From an uncultured Planctomycetota bacterium (GTDB taxonomy: Bacteria > Planctomycetota > Planctomycetia > Isosphaerales > Isosphaeraceae): 64,000 nucleotides of DNA. The DNA is taken from positions 64,001 to 128,000 of the forward strand of contig CAWJTV010000024.1 in NCBI GenBank assembly GCA_963845755.1, in the 5' to 3' direction. Each line of letters starts with the position of its first letter. Position 1 is the first letter of the stretch. Shown one piece after another: positions 1-10,049 of this stretch. Both the position numbers and the translations under genes were made by a program. Below the pieces are notes generated by a model, which saw nothing but the letters and a program-made list of their open reading frames with translations, was not told the DNA's origin and ran no database searches.

Positions 1-802
1 GATTGTGGCAGTGGGCGCAATTGATCTCCAGCCAGGCGCGGGCGCGGTCGTCGAGCGGGCCGCTTTTCGGGTCGTCCCACACGGCCAGTCGCGGCGCTTC
101 GGTCGGGGACGGCGCCCCGGCCAGTGCGCCGAGGCGCGTCCAGTGCGCGAGCTGGTTCTCCGTCCCTTCGCGATAGGCAAACTCGCGGTTGAGGAGTCGC
201 GCCTTCGGGCCGATCGGCACCATCGTCTCGCCGGCCTTGTGGCAACCCTTGCACTGGTTGCTATTGGGGATGATGTAGTTGTTGGTCCGCGTGCGGCCGT
301 CGGTGTGGATCCAGCTCACGTCAACCATGTCGCCGGCGACGTCGAGGGTCGCCTCGGTCTGGGCGTCGTTCCAGATATACGGCCGGCCGACCCAACCGTC
401 GGGCTCGCGTTCAAGGATCCGGGTCTCGATCAGCCGGCGTCCTTTCGACGGGTCGCGCGCATCTCGCGGGTAGGCGAACGTCTTGGCGATCACCGTGCCC
501 ACGGGGAACTCGAAGGCGTCAACGTCGCGGTACGTCGCGTGCGTGCCCGCCGGCAGCTTGACGAACCGGAATTTCTCGGCGTAGTCGCTGAACAGCGGCG
601 AGTTGAGGTCGTAGGGGATCACCCCCTCGGCCGGTCTCTGCGCGGCGGGCTCACCGGCGAACAGGGCGTACTGCGAGAGCTTCTCGAACGGCCGCGACGG
701 GGCTGGCGCCGCGGCAGGCACAGGCACAGACCGCGACCCACACCCCGAGATGGCCAGCAGGAGCACGCCGGCCCAGGCGGCGAACATCCTGGGCCTCATC
801 AT
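1..802 (-). CDS. SO2930-family diheme c-type cytochrome lipoprotein (runs off the left edge)
   Basis: Not in the ORF track because there is no stop in the window. Manual translation from ATG 802: MMRPRMFAAWAGVLLLAISGC (lipobox) ... YDLNSPLFSDYAEKFRF ... FPVGTVIAKTF ... CKGCH ... CAHCH (two CxxCH motifs). Lies directly downstream of its usual beta-helix partner. Confidence 0.85.
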   Translation of the reverse strand, partial: MMRPRMFAAWAGVLLLAISGCGSRSVPVPAAAPAPSRPFEKLSQYALFAGEPAAQRPAEGVIPYDLNSPLFSDYAEKFRFVKLPAGTHATYRDVDAFEFPVGTVIAKTFAYPRDARDPSKGRRLIETRILEREPDGWVGRPYIWNDAQTEATLDVAGDMVDVSWIHTDGRTRTNNYIIPNSNQCKGCHKAGETMVPIGPKARLLNREFAYREGTENQLAHWTRLGALAGAPSPTEAPRLAVWDDPKSGPLDDRARAWLEINCAHCHN

Positions 803-813
803 GAGTCGCGCGC

Positions 814-2142
814 TCACTTCAAGCCCTCGATCGAGACCGGTGCCAGCGCCTTCAAGGTTCCGTCGTACGCTTTGACGTCGCGGACCAGGTTGGGTGTCTT
901 CCCCTTCTCGGGCTCGGAGGCGGATGCCTTCAGGGCGGGAGCATCGAAATTGGCGAAACCCGCCTTCCCATTGTCGTGGATGCGGATCGCCAGCTCGTCG
1001 GGCAGCTTGCCACTGACCGCTTTCTTGGGATCGACAACGCCGTCATAGAGCATGTCGGGAAGCGGGGTTCCCAGGGCTTTGGTCAGCAGCTCCCCGAGTG
1101 CCCCGGCCGGCTTCTCCCCGTTGGACGCGAATCGGTTGTTGTGGACGTGGATCGCCTCGCAGAATGGGTCGTACGTCGCGTCCGCGAGTGGCTTGTCCAT
1201 GATCAGATAGCTGACGACCGAGAGGCCCGCGGTCTGGTTGTGCTCGATCGTATTGTCGAAGATCTCGACCTGGTCGTTGGCCATGACCATGATCCCGCTG
1301 CCCGGTGGGACGCTCGCCACGGTGTTCCCCTTGGGGGCGAAATTCTCGTGGTTGTTGGCGAGCACCCGGTTCTGGAAGACGCGACAGTGGCGGCCGTCCT
1401 TCTTGGGCAAGTCGGGCATCGTGAAGACGAGGATGCCGCCGGAGTTGTCGGTAGCGAGGTTCTCGAAGACGTCGGCTCGGGTCGAGTTCTCGATCTCGAT
1501 CCCCGCCACGTTTTGCCGGACCGTGTTGCGCCGAACGATGATGTTCTCCGACTGGCCCACGTAGATGCCCGCGTCCGACGCGCCAATCGCCGTGCAGTTC
1601 TCGATCACCACATCCGTGCAGATGACGGGGTAAAACCCGTAGCCGCCGTTGGTCTCCTTCGGCCCGCCGGTCCACTCGGCGCGGAGGTTGCGGAAGATCA
1701 GCTTTCTGGTCCCCTGAGCCTTGATCGCGTCGCCGCGGGCGTCTTCCACGGCCAGGTCCTCGATGGTGACGTTCTCCTTGCTGGTGACGAGCAGCCCCTC
1801 ACCGCCGGTCCCCTGCCCCTGATCCTTGAAGTTGAGGATCGTCTTGTCCGGCCCCTGACCTCGAACCGTCACACCACTGGCGTCGAGCGAGAGCGTCGCA
1901 CGGAAGTCGAACCGACCCGCACCGAGTTCGATGACATCACCCGGCTTGGCATTGATCATCGCCGTCTGGGCCTTCTTCGGAGCATCCGGGCCGGGATCGA
2001 TCCGGATCATGCCGGTGCTCTCAACACCGCTGGTTGAACCTCCGGCCGACGGAGCCCCGGTGGGAACCGGCTGCTCCGAACACCCGGCGACGAACACCGC
2101 GGCACCGCAAAGGGCCACAGTGGAGAATCTCACGATGCGCAT
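814..2142 (-). CDS. parallel beta-helix repeat lipoprotein (partner of the SO2930 family)
   Basis: Lipobox FVAGC; beta-helix motifs GASDAGIYVGQS and NVAGIEIENS. Confidence 0.88.
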   Translation of the reverse strand: MRIVRFSTVALCGAAVFVAGCSEQPVPTGAPSAGGSTSGVESTGMIRIDPGPDAPKKAQTAMINAKPGDVIELGAGRFDFRATLSLDASGVTVRGQGPDKTILNFKDQGQGTGGEGLLVTSKENVTIEDLAVEDARGDAIKAQGTRKLIFRNLRAEWTGGPKETNGGYGFYPVICTDVVIENCTAIGASDAGIYVGQSENIIVRRNTVRQNVAGIEIENSTRADVFENLATDNSGGILVFTMPDLPKKDGRHCRVFQNRVLANNHENFAPKGNTVASVPPGSGIMVMANDQVEIFDNTIEHNQTAGLSVVSYLIMDKPLADATYDPFCEAIHVHNNRFASNGEKPAGALGELLTKALGTPLPDMLYDGVVDPKKAVSGKLPDELAIRIHDNGKAGFANFDAPALKASASEPEKGKTPNLVRDVKAYDGTLKALAPVSIEGLK

Positions 2143-2395
2143 GACGGTTCTCCCTGTCCAAAGAGGCGGACCCCTTCGCCTCGCGGAGCTATCCCCTTTG
2201 ATCTCCCCGAGACCGGCGTCGGCCGCTGCACATAGATTCTATGTCCACACTCGAACAAACGCCATGTACGATCGTTGGCGACGACCCGGTAAGAAACAGC
2301 CCTGACACACTCGACCATCGGCGCGACGTGAAGGCTCTTGTACGATAGTCCCGTTGTCGCGTATCCGAAGGACGACCAGGGCCGAGGGCGAGGCC

Positions 2396-3082
2396 ATGCA
2401 ACTGATCCGGAAGATCCGGTTCTCGATGGGGACGATCATGATGTTCGTCCTCATGGTCGCATCGGCCATGGCCCTGTTCGTGAAGATCCAGGAGTATACC
2501 GATTCCGCTGCCTTGCCGGGCTTGAAGACCGACGTCCCCAGCCTGTTGATCCTCGCCATCGTCCTGACCGCCGTCGCCCTCGGCTCGTGGAAGGAACATA
2601 CGGTCGTCCAGATCATGCTCCAGGTGACGCTTGCCTGTTTCATCATGCTGACGTTGATCTGGATCGGCGAGGCCCAGTACGAACGCGCGGTTCGCTACTG
2701 GTGCCAGACGACGTTCGCCGCGACGGTCACTCTCCCCATGATCGCCCGGAGGTTCGTCAAGACAGGGATGGCCCGAGGTCCGCGCCGGGATTGGTGGAAG
2801 AAGTCGTGCGAATCCGTCTTCTTCTCATTCTTGACCATGATGCTCGTGGCCGCCGGAGGCGTGTTCCAGCTCGCTGTCTACGAGGCGACAGCCTCCCTTC
2901 CGATCGTCAAGAGGGCAGTGACCCCGCCGACACCCGTTTTCCCCAACCCCGCCTTGACGGTCCCGCCGCCGCCGGTCCCTCCAACCGTTGTTCCCGATAC
3001 CCGCGATAACGAATCGCCGGCCCTTCCGCCGGGCTTCCCGCCAGGCGTCGCTCCTGTCGTCCCCAAGGACGCGGGCGAGTAA
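2396..3082 (+). CDS. hypothetical membrane protein with Pro-rich C-terminal tail
   Basis: About five hydrophobic segments and GC-ending codons. ATG 2396 follows GAGG. Confidence 0.7.
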   Translation: MQLIRKIRFSMGTIMMFVLMVASAMALFVKIQEYTDSAALPGLKTDVPSLLILAIVLTAVALGSWKEHTVVQIMLQVTLACFIMLTLIWIGEAQYERAVRYWCQTTFAATVTLPMIARRFVKTGMARGPRRDWWKKSCESVFFSFLTMMLVAAGGVFQLAVYEATASLPIVKRAVTPPTPVFPNPALTVPPPPVPPTVVPDTRDNESPALPPGFPPGVAPVVPKDAGE

Positions 3083-3113
3083 GCAGCCGCGCAGGAGGAG
3101 CCTGAGTCGCCTT

Positions 3114-3788
3114 TCAATCGTCCCGCAGGCCGTTCCCAGGACCGGGATAGGATCGGGCGTACGTGGGCAACTCGATGCCCGCCGCCAGCCGCGGACACGA
3201 AATCGCCGCGCCGGCCGCGATCGTCAGAGGCAAGACGCCCGCCCAGGTCGGCAGACCGTAGTCTTCCTCGTCGTCCACGGGAGGGCCAGTGCGGACCTTG
3301 GCCGACGCCTCGTCGATCGGCAGCGAGAGGACCAACGTCGCCTTGAGCTCGCCGGGCGTCGGAACCCGAATGTCACGCCAGCGCCCCGGGACCAGGTGCT
3401 CGGCCAGGACCTGGAGGACCCGGGCCTTCTCCTCCGCGTCGTCCACCGCCTGGGCCGTGCTGAAGACAACGACCGAGCGGTAGTTCATCGAATGGTGGAA
3501 CGCGGACCGGGCCAGGACCAGGCCATCAACCAGCGTGACCGTGACGCAGACGTCAACCCCACCGGCAAGCGTCTTGAGCATCCGGCTTGCCGGCGACCCG
3601 TGGACGTAAAGCCGCTCGCCCACCCGTACGTGGATGGTCGGGATCACGAACGGACGCCCGTCGACCACGAATCCCACATGACAGATCAGCGCCTCGTCGA
3701 GGATGGCGTGGATCAGCGAACGATCATAGGCGGCGCGAGCGGGGAGGCGTCGCACGGTCGTCCGCTCGGTACGAGGGATCTCGTTCAT
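3114..3788 (-). CDS. pyridoxamine 5'-phosphate oxidase-like flavin-nucleotide-binding protein (NimA-like)
   Basis: Motifs [42 protein letters not shown] and WAGVLPL. Confidence 0.9.
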   Translation of the reverse strand: MNEIPRTERTTVRRLPARAAYDRSLIHAILDEALICHVGFVVDGRPFVIPTIHVRVGERLYVHGSPASRMLKTLAGGVDVCVTVTLVDGLVLARSAFHHSMNYRSVVVFSTAQAVDDAEEKARVLQVLAEHLVPGRWRDIRVPTPGELKATLVLSLPIDEASAKVRTGPPVDDEEDYGLPTWAGVLPLTIAAGAAISCPRLAAGIELPTYARSYPGPGNGLRDD

Positions 3789-3883
3789 GCGGGGTTTCGC
3801 TTTCTATCGGCCTGAGTGTTTCGGTCTTGGGGATCGGGATGGAGACCAATCATCCTATCGTGACTCAAGGGCATTCGAGGAGG

Positions 3884-4051
3884 GATTCTGGATTCCCGAT
3901 TCCGGATTCCCGATTCCGGATTCCCGATTCCGGATTCCCGATTCCGGATTCCCGATTCCGGATTTCCGATTGCGGATTCCGGATTCCCGATTCCGGATTT
4001 CCGATTGCGGATTCCGGATTCCCGATTCCGGATTCCGGATTCCCGATCCTG
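3884..4051 (+). repeat. tandem heptamer array GATTCC[C/G], 24 units
   Basis: Counted 23 GATTnnn units (3884-4044) plus GATCCTG. GATTCCC and GATTCCG mostly alternate. Confidence 0.95.
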
Positions 4052-4173
4052 GTTCGCGGAACCGTGTTCTTCCGGGTCATCGGCCGATTCCCCCGGTTGA
4101 CCTCGGCCCGGTCAAAACGGACAATGCGACGACGTGCCCGAGGGATAGACCATGCGGAATCGCAGGAAATCTT

Positions 4174-4920
4174 ATGATCAAGCTTGTCCTTCTGCGCCAC
4201 GGCGAGAGCATCTGGAACAAGGAGAACCTCTTCACCGGCTGGACCGACGTCGACCTGTCCGATCATGGCAAGGCCGAGGCCAGGCGGGCCGGGGAGCTCC
4301 TGAAGGCGGAGGGATTCACCTTCGACGTCGCCTTCACGTCAGTCCTGAAACGGGCGGTCCGCACCCTCTGGATCACGCTCGACGAGCTGGACCTGATGTG
4401 GATCCCCGTGGAGCACTCGTGGCGGCTCAACGAGCGACATTACGGGGCGCTACAAGGTCTGAACAAGGCGCAGACCGCGGCGAAGTACGGCGATGATCAG
4501 GTCCTGACCTGGCGCCGCAGCTACGACGTTCCGCCGCCGGCCCTCGAGCCGTCCGACTCTCGCTATCCCGGCTCCGACCCGCGCTACCGCGACCTCAGCC
4601 CCTCCGAACTCCCCGTGACCGAGTGCCTCAAGGACACCGTCGCGCGGTTCCTCCCCTACTGGCACCAGTCGATCGTGCCGACGATCCAGACTGGCAAGAA
4701 GGTCATCATCGCGGCCCACGGCAACAGCCTGCGGGCGCTGGTGAAATACCTCGACAAGATCTCCGACGAGGAAATCGTCGGCCTGAACATTCCGACCGGC
4801 GTGCCTTTGGTCTACGAGCTGACCGAGCAACTCGAGCCAATCCGACATTACTACCTCGGCGACCCCGAGGAGGTCGCCAGGGCCGCGGCGGCCGTCGCCA
4901 ACCAAGGGAAGGCGAAATAA
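4174..4920 (+). CDS. gpmA: 2,3-bisphosphoglycerate-dependent phosphoglycerate mutase
   Basis: [37 protein letters not shown] and AHGNSLRAL. The real start is ATG 4174; the ORF-track extension reads through the repeat. Confidence 0.97.
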   Translation: MIKLVLLRHGESIWNKENLFTGWTDVDLSDHGKAEARRAGELLKAEGFTFDVAFTSVLKRAVRTLWITLDELDLMWIPVEHSWRLNERHYGALQGLNKAQTAAKYGDDQVLTWRRSYDVPPPALEPSDSRYPGSDPRYRDLSPSELPVTECLKDTVARFLPYWHQSIVPTIQTGKKVIIAAHGNSLRALVKYLDKISDEEIVGLNIPTGVPLVYELTEQLEPIRHYYLGDPEEVARAAAAVANQGKAK

Positions 4921-4938
4921 CGGTGAGCGGTCCCGAAT

Positions 4939-5154
4939 TTAGAACAGCGTATAGATGAACGGCATCGCGGCGGTGCTGGAGAGCAGGATCAGCGTGCCCA
5001 GAAGCAGCATGACGATCATGATCGGAAGCAGCCACCACTTCTTGTTCTGGGCCAGGAATGCCCAGAACTCGCTGGCCAGGCTTTCGCCCTGGGAGTCGGC
5101 AGCCGCTTTCTCGAACTCACTGGGTGGTTTGGGGGTCATCTCGTTCATCGTCAC
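4939..5154 (-). CDS. DUF5989 / SxtK-like small membrane protein
   Basis: EFWAFLAQNKKWWLLP...PFIYTLF signature; third gene of the carbamoyltransferase cassette. Confidence 0.88.
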   Translation of the reverse strand: MTMNEMTPKPPSEFEKAAADSQGESLASEFWAFLAQNKKWWLLPIMIVMLLLGTLILLSSTAAMPFIYTLF

Positions 5155-5185
5155 GATCCTGATCGGTAAGGGGACTGGCGGCTCG

Positions 5186-5602
5186 TTAAAACTGCTTGAA
5201 ATAGCGCCTCAGGTCGGCCGGGGCTGACTTGGGACTCCAGTACGATTCGAGGTTGGATGAACGGGCGCGCTGGAGCGGGTCGCGGCCGATGAGGCGGAAC
5301 ACCAGGCCGATCGGCACGAACAGGCCGTAGAACATCGCCAGGAGTATGACCTGTGAGACCGTCCAGCCGATCGGGAAGGCCAGGACCATCCAGCCGACAA
5401 AGATGAAACGCACCCACTCGGGGTGCGCCAGGCCCGCCAGGCCGACCACCAGGGCGAGGGCCGCAAAGGACCAACCGAGGGACGTGTGTCCCTTCACCAG
5501 GGCCTGCCAGAGGGCGACCCCGCCGAAGAAGACGAGCCAGAGCCCGGCGAACTGCCGTAACGTCGAGCGGTTCGGTTGGAACTGGATATCGGCCCATCTC
5601 AT
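5186..5602 (-). CDS. SxtJ-family membrane protein
   Basis: From ATG 5602: MRWADIQ...LRQFAGLW...WMVLAFPIGW...GRDPL...SYW...YFKQF. Confidence 0.85.
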   Translation of the reverse strand: MRWADIQFQPNRSTLRQFAGLWLVFFGGVALWQALVKGHTSLGWSFAALALVVGLAGLAHPEWVRFIFVGWMVLAFPIGWTVSQVILLAMFYGLFVPIGLVFRLIGRDPLQRARSSNLESYWSPKSAPADLRRYFKQF

Positions 5603-7485
5603 CGGCGGCCTCGTGAAATCGGATATCCGCTCAATCGAGCTGGAACTGGGCCAGATAGGCCTCGCGGGCATCCAGACCGGCCGCGCGCCGCGGCGTCCTT
5701 GACGATCACGACGTCTTCCATCACCAGGGCGTCCATGTCGGTGGCCAGGAAACATCGGTAGGCGTCCTCGGGCGTGCAGACGATCGGCTCGCCACGGACG
5801 TTGAAGCTGGTGTTGACCAGCACCGGACATCCGGTCAGTCGGTCGAAGGCTTCGAGCAACCGGTGGAAGCGCGGGTTGCGCTCCTCGTCGATGGTCTGGA
5901 GCCGAGCACTGTAATCGACGTGGGTCACCGCCGGGATCTCGGAGCGAACCACGTTGACGCGCCGACGCAGGTCGGGGTCGTGCTCCATCACCCGCAGGAC
6001 CTCGGCGTCGACGGGAACCCGGCGCGGCTCCAGGACGGGCGCGACCAGGAGCATGTAGGGGCTCTCGTGGTCCGGCTTGATGTCGAACCATTCGGACGCC
6101 CGTTCCCGGAGCACGGCCGGGGCGAACGGCCGGAAGCTCTCGCGGAACTTGATCTTGACGTTCATGGTGGCCTGCATCGCCGGGGAGCGGGGATCGCCCA
6201 GGATGCTGCGCGCACCCAAGGCCCTGGGCCCGAATTCCATCCGCCCCTGGAACCAGCCGACGACCTTGCCGTCGGCGAGCAGGCCGGCGACGTGGTCGAG
6301 CAGCTCGCACTCGTCGTCGAACCGCCGCCGGGATCGGCCGTGAGCGGCCAGGAATCGCTCGATTTCGTCGGTCGAGAAGCCCGGGCCGAGGAAGCTCCCC
6401 TGCTGGGCGTCGCGGCCGCCGGGATGGCGAGGGTGATCCAGGAGCTGGTGCCAGACGAACAGGGCCGCACCGAGCGCACCGCCGGCATCACCGGCGGCCG
6501 GCTGGATCCAGAGATCGTCGAAGTCGCCTTCGCGGAGCAGCCGGCCGTTGGCCACGCAGTTCAGCGCCACTCCACCGGCCAGGACCAGGTGCTTCATGCC
6601 GGTCTGCCGGCTCACGTGGCGGCCGATCCGCAGGACCGCCTCCTCGGTCACGGCCTGGATGCTGGCAGCCAGGTCCATGTGCCGCTGCTCCAGGGGAGAC
6701 TCCGGCGCCCGCGGCGGGCCGCCAAAGAGACGATGGAACCGTCGATTGGTCATCGTCAGCCCCTGGCAGTACTGGAAATAGTCCATGTCGAGCCAGAAAC
6801 TGCCGTCGGGTTTGAGGTCCACCAAATGCTCGAGGATCAGGTCTCGATAAATCGGCCGCCCGTAAGGGGCCAGACCCATCAGCTTGTATTCGCCGCTGTT
6901 GACCTTGAAGCCGCAATAATAGGTAAACGCCGAATACAGCAGGCCCAGCGAGTGGGGGAACGCGATCTGGTCAACCAGGCGGATGCGATTCCCTTCGCCG
7001 ACGCCGAAGGTGGCCGTGCTCCACTCACCGACCCCGTCCAGGGTCACGATCGCCGCCCGGTCGAAGGGACTTGGGAAAAACGCGCTGGCGGCGTGACTCT
7101 CATGATGGTCCGTAAAGATCAGCCGGGCGCGGGTCCGCCCCCCGAGTCCGCGGCGCAAGGTCCGCCGCATGTACAGCTTATCCTTGAGCCACAAGGGCAT
7201 CGCCAGGCGAAAGCTGCGGAACCCCGCCGGCGCGAAGGCCAGGTAGGTCTCGAGCAGGCGTTCAAACTTGGTCAACGGCTTGTCGTAAAAGGCGACGTAG
7301 TCCAGGTCGTCCGTCGCGATCCCCGCTTCTTGCAAACAAGAGTGGATCGCCTTCGCAGGAAACGCCGGATCGTGCTTGATCCGCGTGAACCGCTCCTCCT
7401 GGGCCGCGGCGACGATCCGTCCATCGACCACGAGTGCCGCGGCGCTGTCGTGATAGAAGGCAGAAATCCCCAGGATCGCGGCCAT
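5599..7485 (-). CDS. O-carbamoyltransferase (NodU/CmcH/SxtI family)
   Basis: ILGISAFYHDSAAAL, HHESHAASAF, GEYKLMGLAPYG, EFGPRALG and NTSFNVRGEP. A probable frameshift near 5690 hides the family-like end AYLAQFQLD* (stop at 5631). Confidence 0.93.
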   Translation of the reverse strand: MAAILGISAFYHDSAAALVVDGRIVAAAQEERFTRIKHDPAFPAKAIHSCLQEAGIATDDLDYVAFYDKPLTKFERLLETYLAFAPAGFRSFRLAMPLWLKDKLYMRRTLRRGLGGRTRARLIFTDHHESHAASAFFPSPFDRAAIVTLDGVGEWSTATFGVGEGNRIRLVDQIAFPHSLGLLYSAFTYYCGFKVNSGEYKLMGLAPYGRPIYRDLILEHLVDLKPDGSFWLDMDYFQYCQGLTMTNRRFHRLFGGPPRAPESPLEQRHMDLAASIQAVTEEAVLRIGRHVSRQTGMKHLVLAGGVALNCVANGRLLREGDFDDLWIQPAAGDAGGALGAALFVWHQLLDHPRHPGGRDAQQGSFLGPGFSTDEIERFLAAHGRSRRRFDDECELLDHVAGLLADGKVVGWFQGRMEFGPRALGARSILGDPRSPAMQATMNVKIKFRESFRPFAPAVLRERASEWFDIKPDHESPYMLLVAPVLEPRRVPVDAEVLRVMEHDPDLRRRVNVVRSEIPAVTHVDYSARLQTIDEERNPRFHRLLEAFDRLTGCPVLVNTSFNVRGEPIVCTPEDAYRCFLATDMDALVMEDVVIVKDAAARGRSGCPRGLSGPVPARLSGYPISRGRR

Positions 7486-7804
7486 GTTTCGCTAAACCTC
7501 TGCGGGTCTCTTCCGGCCCGGCCTTTGGCCAGAGCCATGCGGTCCCCCATCATAACCGAGGACGACCGTGTCTTTCCATGCCGTCGGAAAGCCCGAATCC
7601 CCAGGCAAATGCGTAACTGAGGAGATCCCGAGAGGCTCTATATCCTGGGTCAGGAAAAAGAAAGTATGACTTGAGATTCAAGCACGTTCTATGAGAAGAT
7701 ACAGGACAAATCGGGATCAAAATGGGTCGTATGGGTTCACGGGCTGTCGATCCTTTTCGAATCCCTTCCTCACTTAAAGTGGACAAACGTTTCCGGTAAC
7801 CACC

Positions 7805-8626
7805 ATGACGTCGCTCACCATCCGCTCGCCGCACCATTCAGCATCCGAGACCCCTCAACACATCCCCGCCAGGTCCCTGACCTCGCCCTGGATGTGGATG
7901 GTTGTCGCCTGTCTCCTCCTGGGAATCTCCGGTGGGATCCGGTACTGGCGCGAGCAGCAGTTCGCGACCCTGGCCGCGGAAAGTGGCTCCCCTCCCTTCC
8001 AGTTGGCTGAATTACCCCGGACCCTGGGTGACTGGCGATCCGAGGAAGCCGCGGACGGCCAGCTCGACCCCAAGGTGGCACAGATCGCGGGATCGACCGA
8101 CTATATTGTCCGGACCTATCTGAACGAGAAGAGTGGCGATCAGATGTCAACCCTGATCCTCTACGGGTTGGCGGAACAGGTCTTCGGCCACATGCCGGAT
8201 GTTTGTTATCCGTCCGCCGGCTATCAATTGGTCAAGGGACCTGTGGATCGTGAGTTGAAGGTGCCCGGCTTGAAGGACCCCGTGCGATATCGTTGGGCGA
8301 TTTACATGAAGCGGATCGGCGGGCTCGGGACCTATCAAGAGGCCTACCACACGTTCTACCATGATGGCCAATGGATGCCCGATACCTCGAATCGATGGAA
8401 GTCGTTCCGTTATCACCCCGGCATGTTCAAGATCCAGCTCGGCCGTACCGTCTCGGGCTTGAGCGATGAGGTGAATGGCCCGAGTGAAGCGATACTCAGC
8501 GCGCTCGTCCAGGAGATCAACAGCCGAGTGGCTCCCAAGTCGGCCGTCGAGGCGAGCAAGACCACACCGGTCTCCGAATCGCCGGCACCCCAGCCTGCGA
8601 CTCCACAAGGGACAGGAGCCGGTTGA
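7805..8626 (+). CDS. exosortase-associated EpsI-family periplasmic protein
   Basis: N-terminal TM; LPRTLGDW, RTY and GHMPDVCYPSAGY (H-x-P-x-x-C-Y motif). An exosortase lies about 4 kb downstream. Confidence 0.85.
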   Translation: MTSLTIRSPHHSASETPQHIPARSLTSPWMWMVVACLLLGISGGIRYWREQQFATLAAESGSPPFQLAELPRTLGDWRSEEAADGQLDPKVAQIAGSTDYIVRTYLNEKSGDQMSTLILYGLAEQVFGHMPDVCYPSAGYQLVKGPVDRELKVPGLKDPVRYRWAIYMKRIGGLGTYQEAYHTFYHDGQWMPDTSNRWKSFRYHPGMFKIQLGRTVSGLSDEVNGPSEAILSALVQEINSRVAPKSAVEASKTTPVSESPAPQPATPQGTGAG

Positions 8627-8773
8627 TCGGCCGTGATCTCGAAGGGTTTACGAGAAGCTCCTACGACGCGAAAACTTCCTCGTGCATCCTCTCATACGGC
8701 CGCCATTGCGGGCCTCGGTCGGTCACGACCATCGGCCTGACGGCTTCCTCATCCGCCGGCATCAAAGTCGAAT

Positions 8774-9040
8774 TCAGATGAGAGGGCTCTTCGTCTGACC
8801 AGAAGTGCGAGGCCGACTGTCCGGCCTCCTGATGAGCGCTGTGAACGTTCGTACAAAGGCTAGAACCACCATGCCGATCCCGCCCACAACGAGCACGATC
8901 AGCAGTACCGGTGTCAAATAGAGGGCCAACGCCACCGGGATCAGTTGGCTCAGACCCCGCGCACTTGATGTCTGTTCGTTCGTCGCTCTCGACATCAGGC
9001 CGAGCCCTCGAAACCGTGCTGAACGGATCTGGCTGGTCAT
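8774..9040 (-). CDS. small hypothetical membrane protein (88 aa)
   Basis: Strong RBS GGGGAGGA before ATG 9040; one long hydrophobic segment followed by basic residues. Confidence 0.55.
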   Translation of the reverse strand: MTSQIRSARFRGLGLMSRATNEQTSSARGLSQLIPVALALYLTPVLLIVLVVGGIGMVVLAFVRTFTALIRRPDSRPRTSGQTKSPLI

Positions 9041-10049
9041 GTCGAAATCCTCCCCCAATTCGTGGGCAAGCGGCTCCAGGGTCGACTCCCGTGGTCTTCG
9101 AGAGGCCCGCTGAAATTCCCCCACCGCTCATTCCCACCTGCGGGTCACGTCACGATATCACTCATGTTCATTTTCACGAACGGTCCCGTCACACCTTCAA
9201 CGACCCGCCCGTCGTATCCTCAAAACATCTCGAACTCGCGACGGCCCTTGAACGACCCTATCAATGGATTCTAGGCTTCACCAGGAATTCTAGATCGGAA
9301 AACCCAAGTCCCAAACACGATTGTCAAAAAAATGATCCACTTTCCCGGAAACGCTCATTATAGCTATATCGCGTTTAATTTCAACCGACCGATGGGGTTT
9401 TTTGAAGATCAAACCCTCCGACGGTCACCAGATGGGATGGTACAACGTAATCCGCGATAGAATAGAGAGATCAGGTGAACTCCCGCACCCACTCCGGGAA
9501 TGGCGAGACGCCGGGTCGGAGCTATGCAAACCGCTCCTGCACGGGAGAATTGTGTTTTCCATGGCATAGAGTTGGTCTGAAAGAACGGCCGCGCAGTGGC
9601 GTCTTGAACCTTGAGTCAGTGGCAGAGAATGTCAAGATAGGCAATCTAGAAGACAATAATCGAGCGTTTGCCAAGTGAACTGATGTCTCGTGTTGCATCC
9701 GGTCAACGTTCGGCTCGTTCTGGGGGGTCGTCCGTCGCCGAACATGCAATTTTAATTTGACTAGGATCGACGGGGTCGATTAGAGTTTGACCAATGAACT
9801 CGCGCTAAATACTGCCGCTGGGAGCAATCGCGCCACCTTTGGGGAAGAGTTACTGCCCGCATGCACCATGAGTTGAACGATTTCAAGATCACAACTCGTG
9901 GACCGCGGTTTCCTGGTGAATCGGTCGTCCCATCGAACTCTGAGTTGCACCCTCGCAACCCCCGGTGGCCACGTCGGCCTCGATCGCAAACCGGCTTCAT
10001 CCTCTTGATGTTCCTCCAACACGATCCGTTTTGGTGAGCGACATACACG

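Noticed and set aside
5..1048. 347-aa + strand ORF
   Set aside because: Antisense shadow of the cytochrome and beta-helix genes.
3787..4173. 129-aa N-terminal extension of GpmA
   Set aside because: Read-through of the stop-free heptamer array; the family start is at 4174.
4939..7485. Saxitoxin biosynthesis cluster
   Set aside because: Only sxtIJK-like genes are present; there is no sxtA-like PKS or amidinotransferase, and the context is glycan synthesis.
9555..9580. Sigma-54 promoter TGGCATAGAGTTGG
   Set aside because: Lacks the GG-N10-GC spacing.
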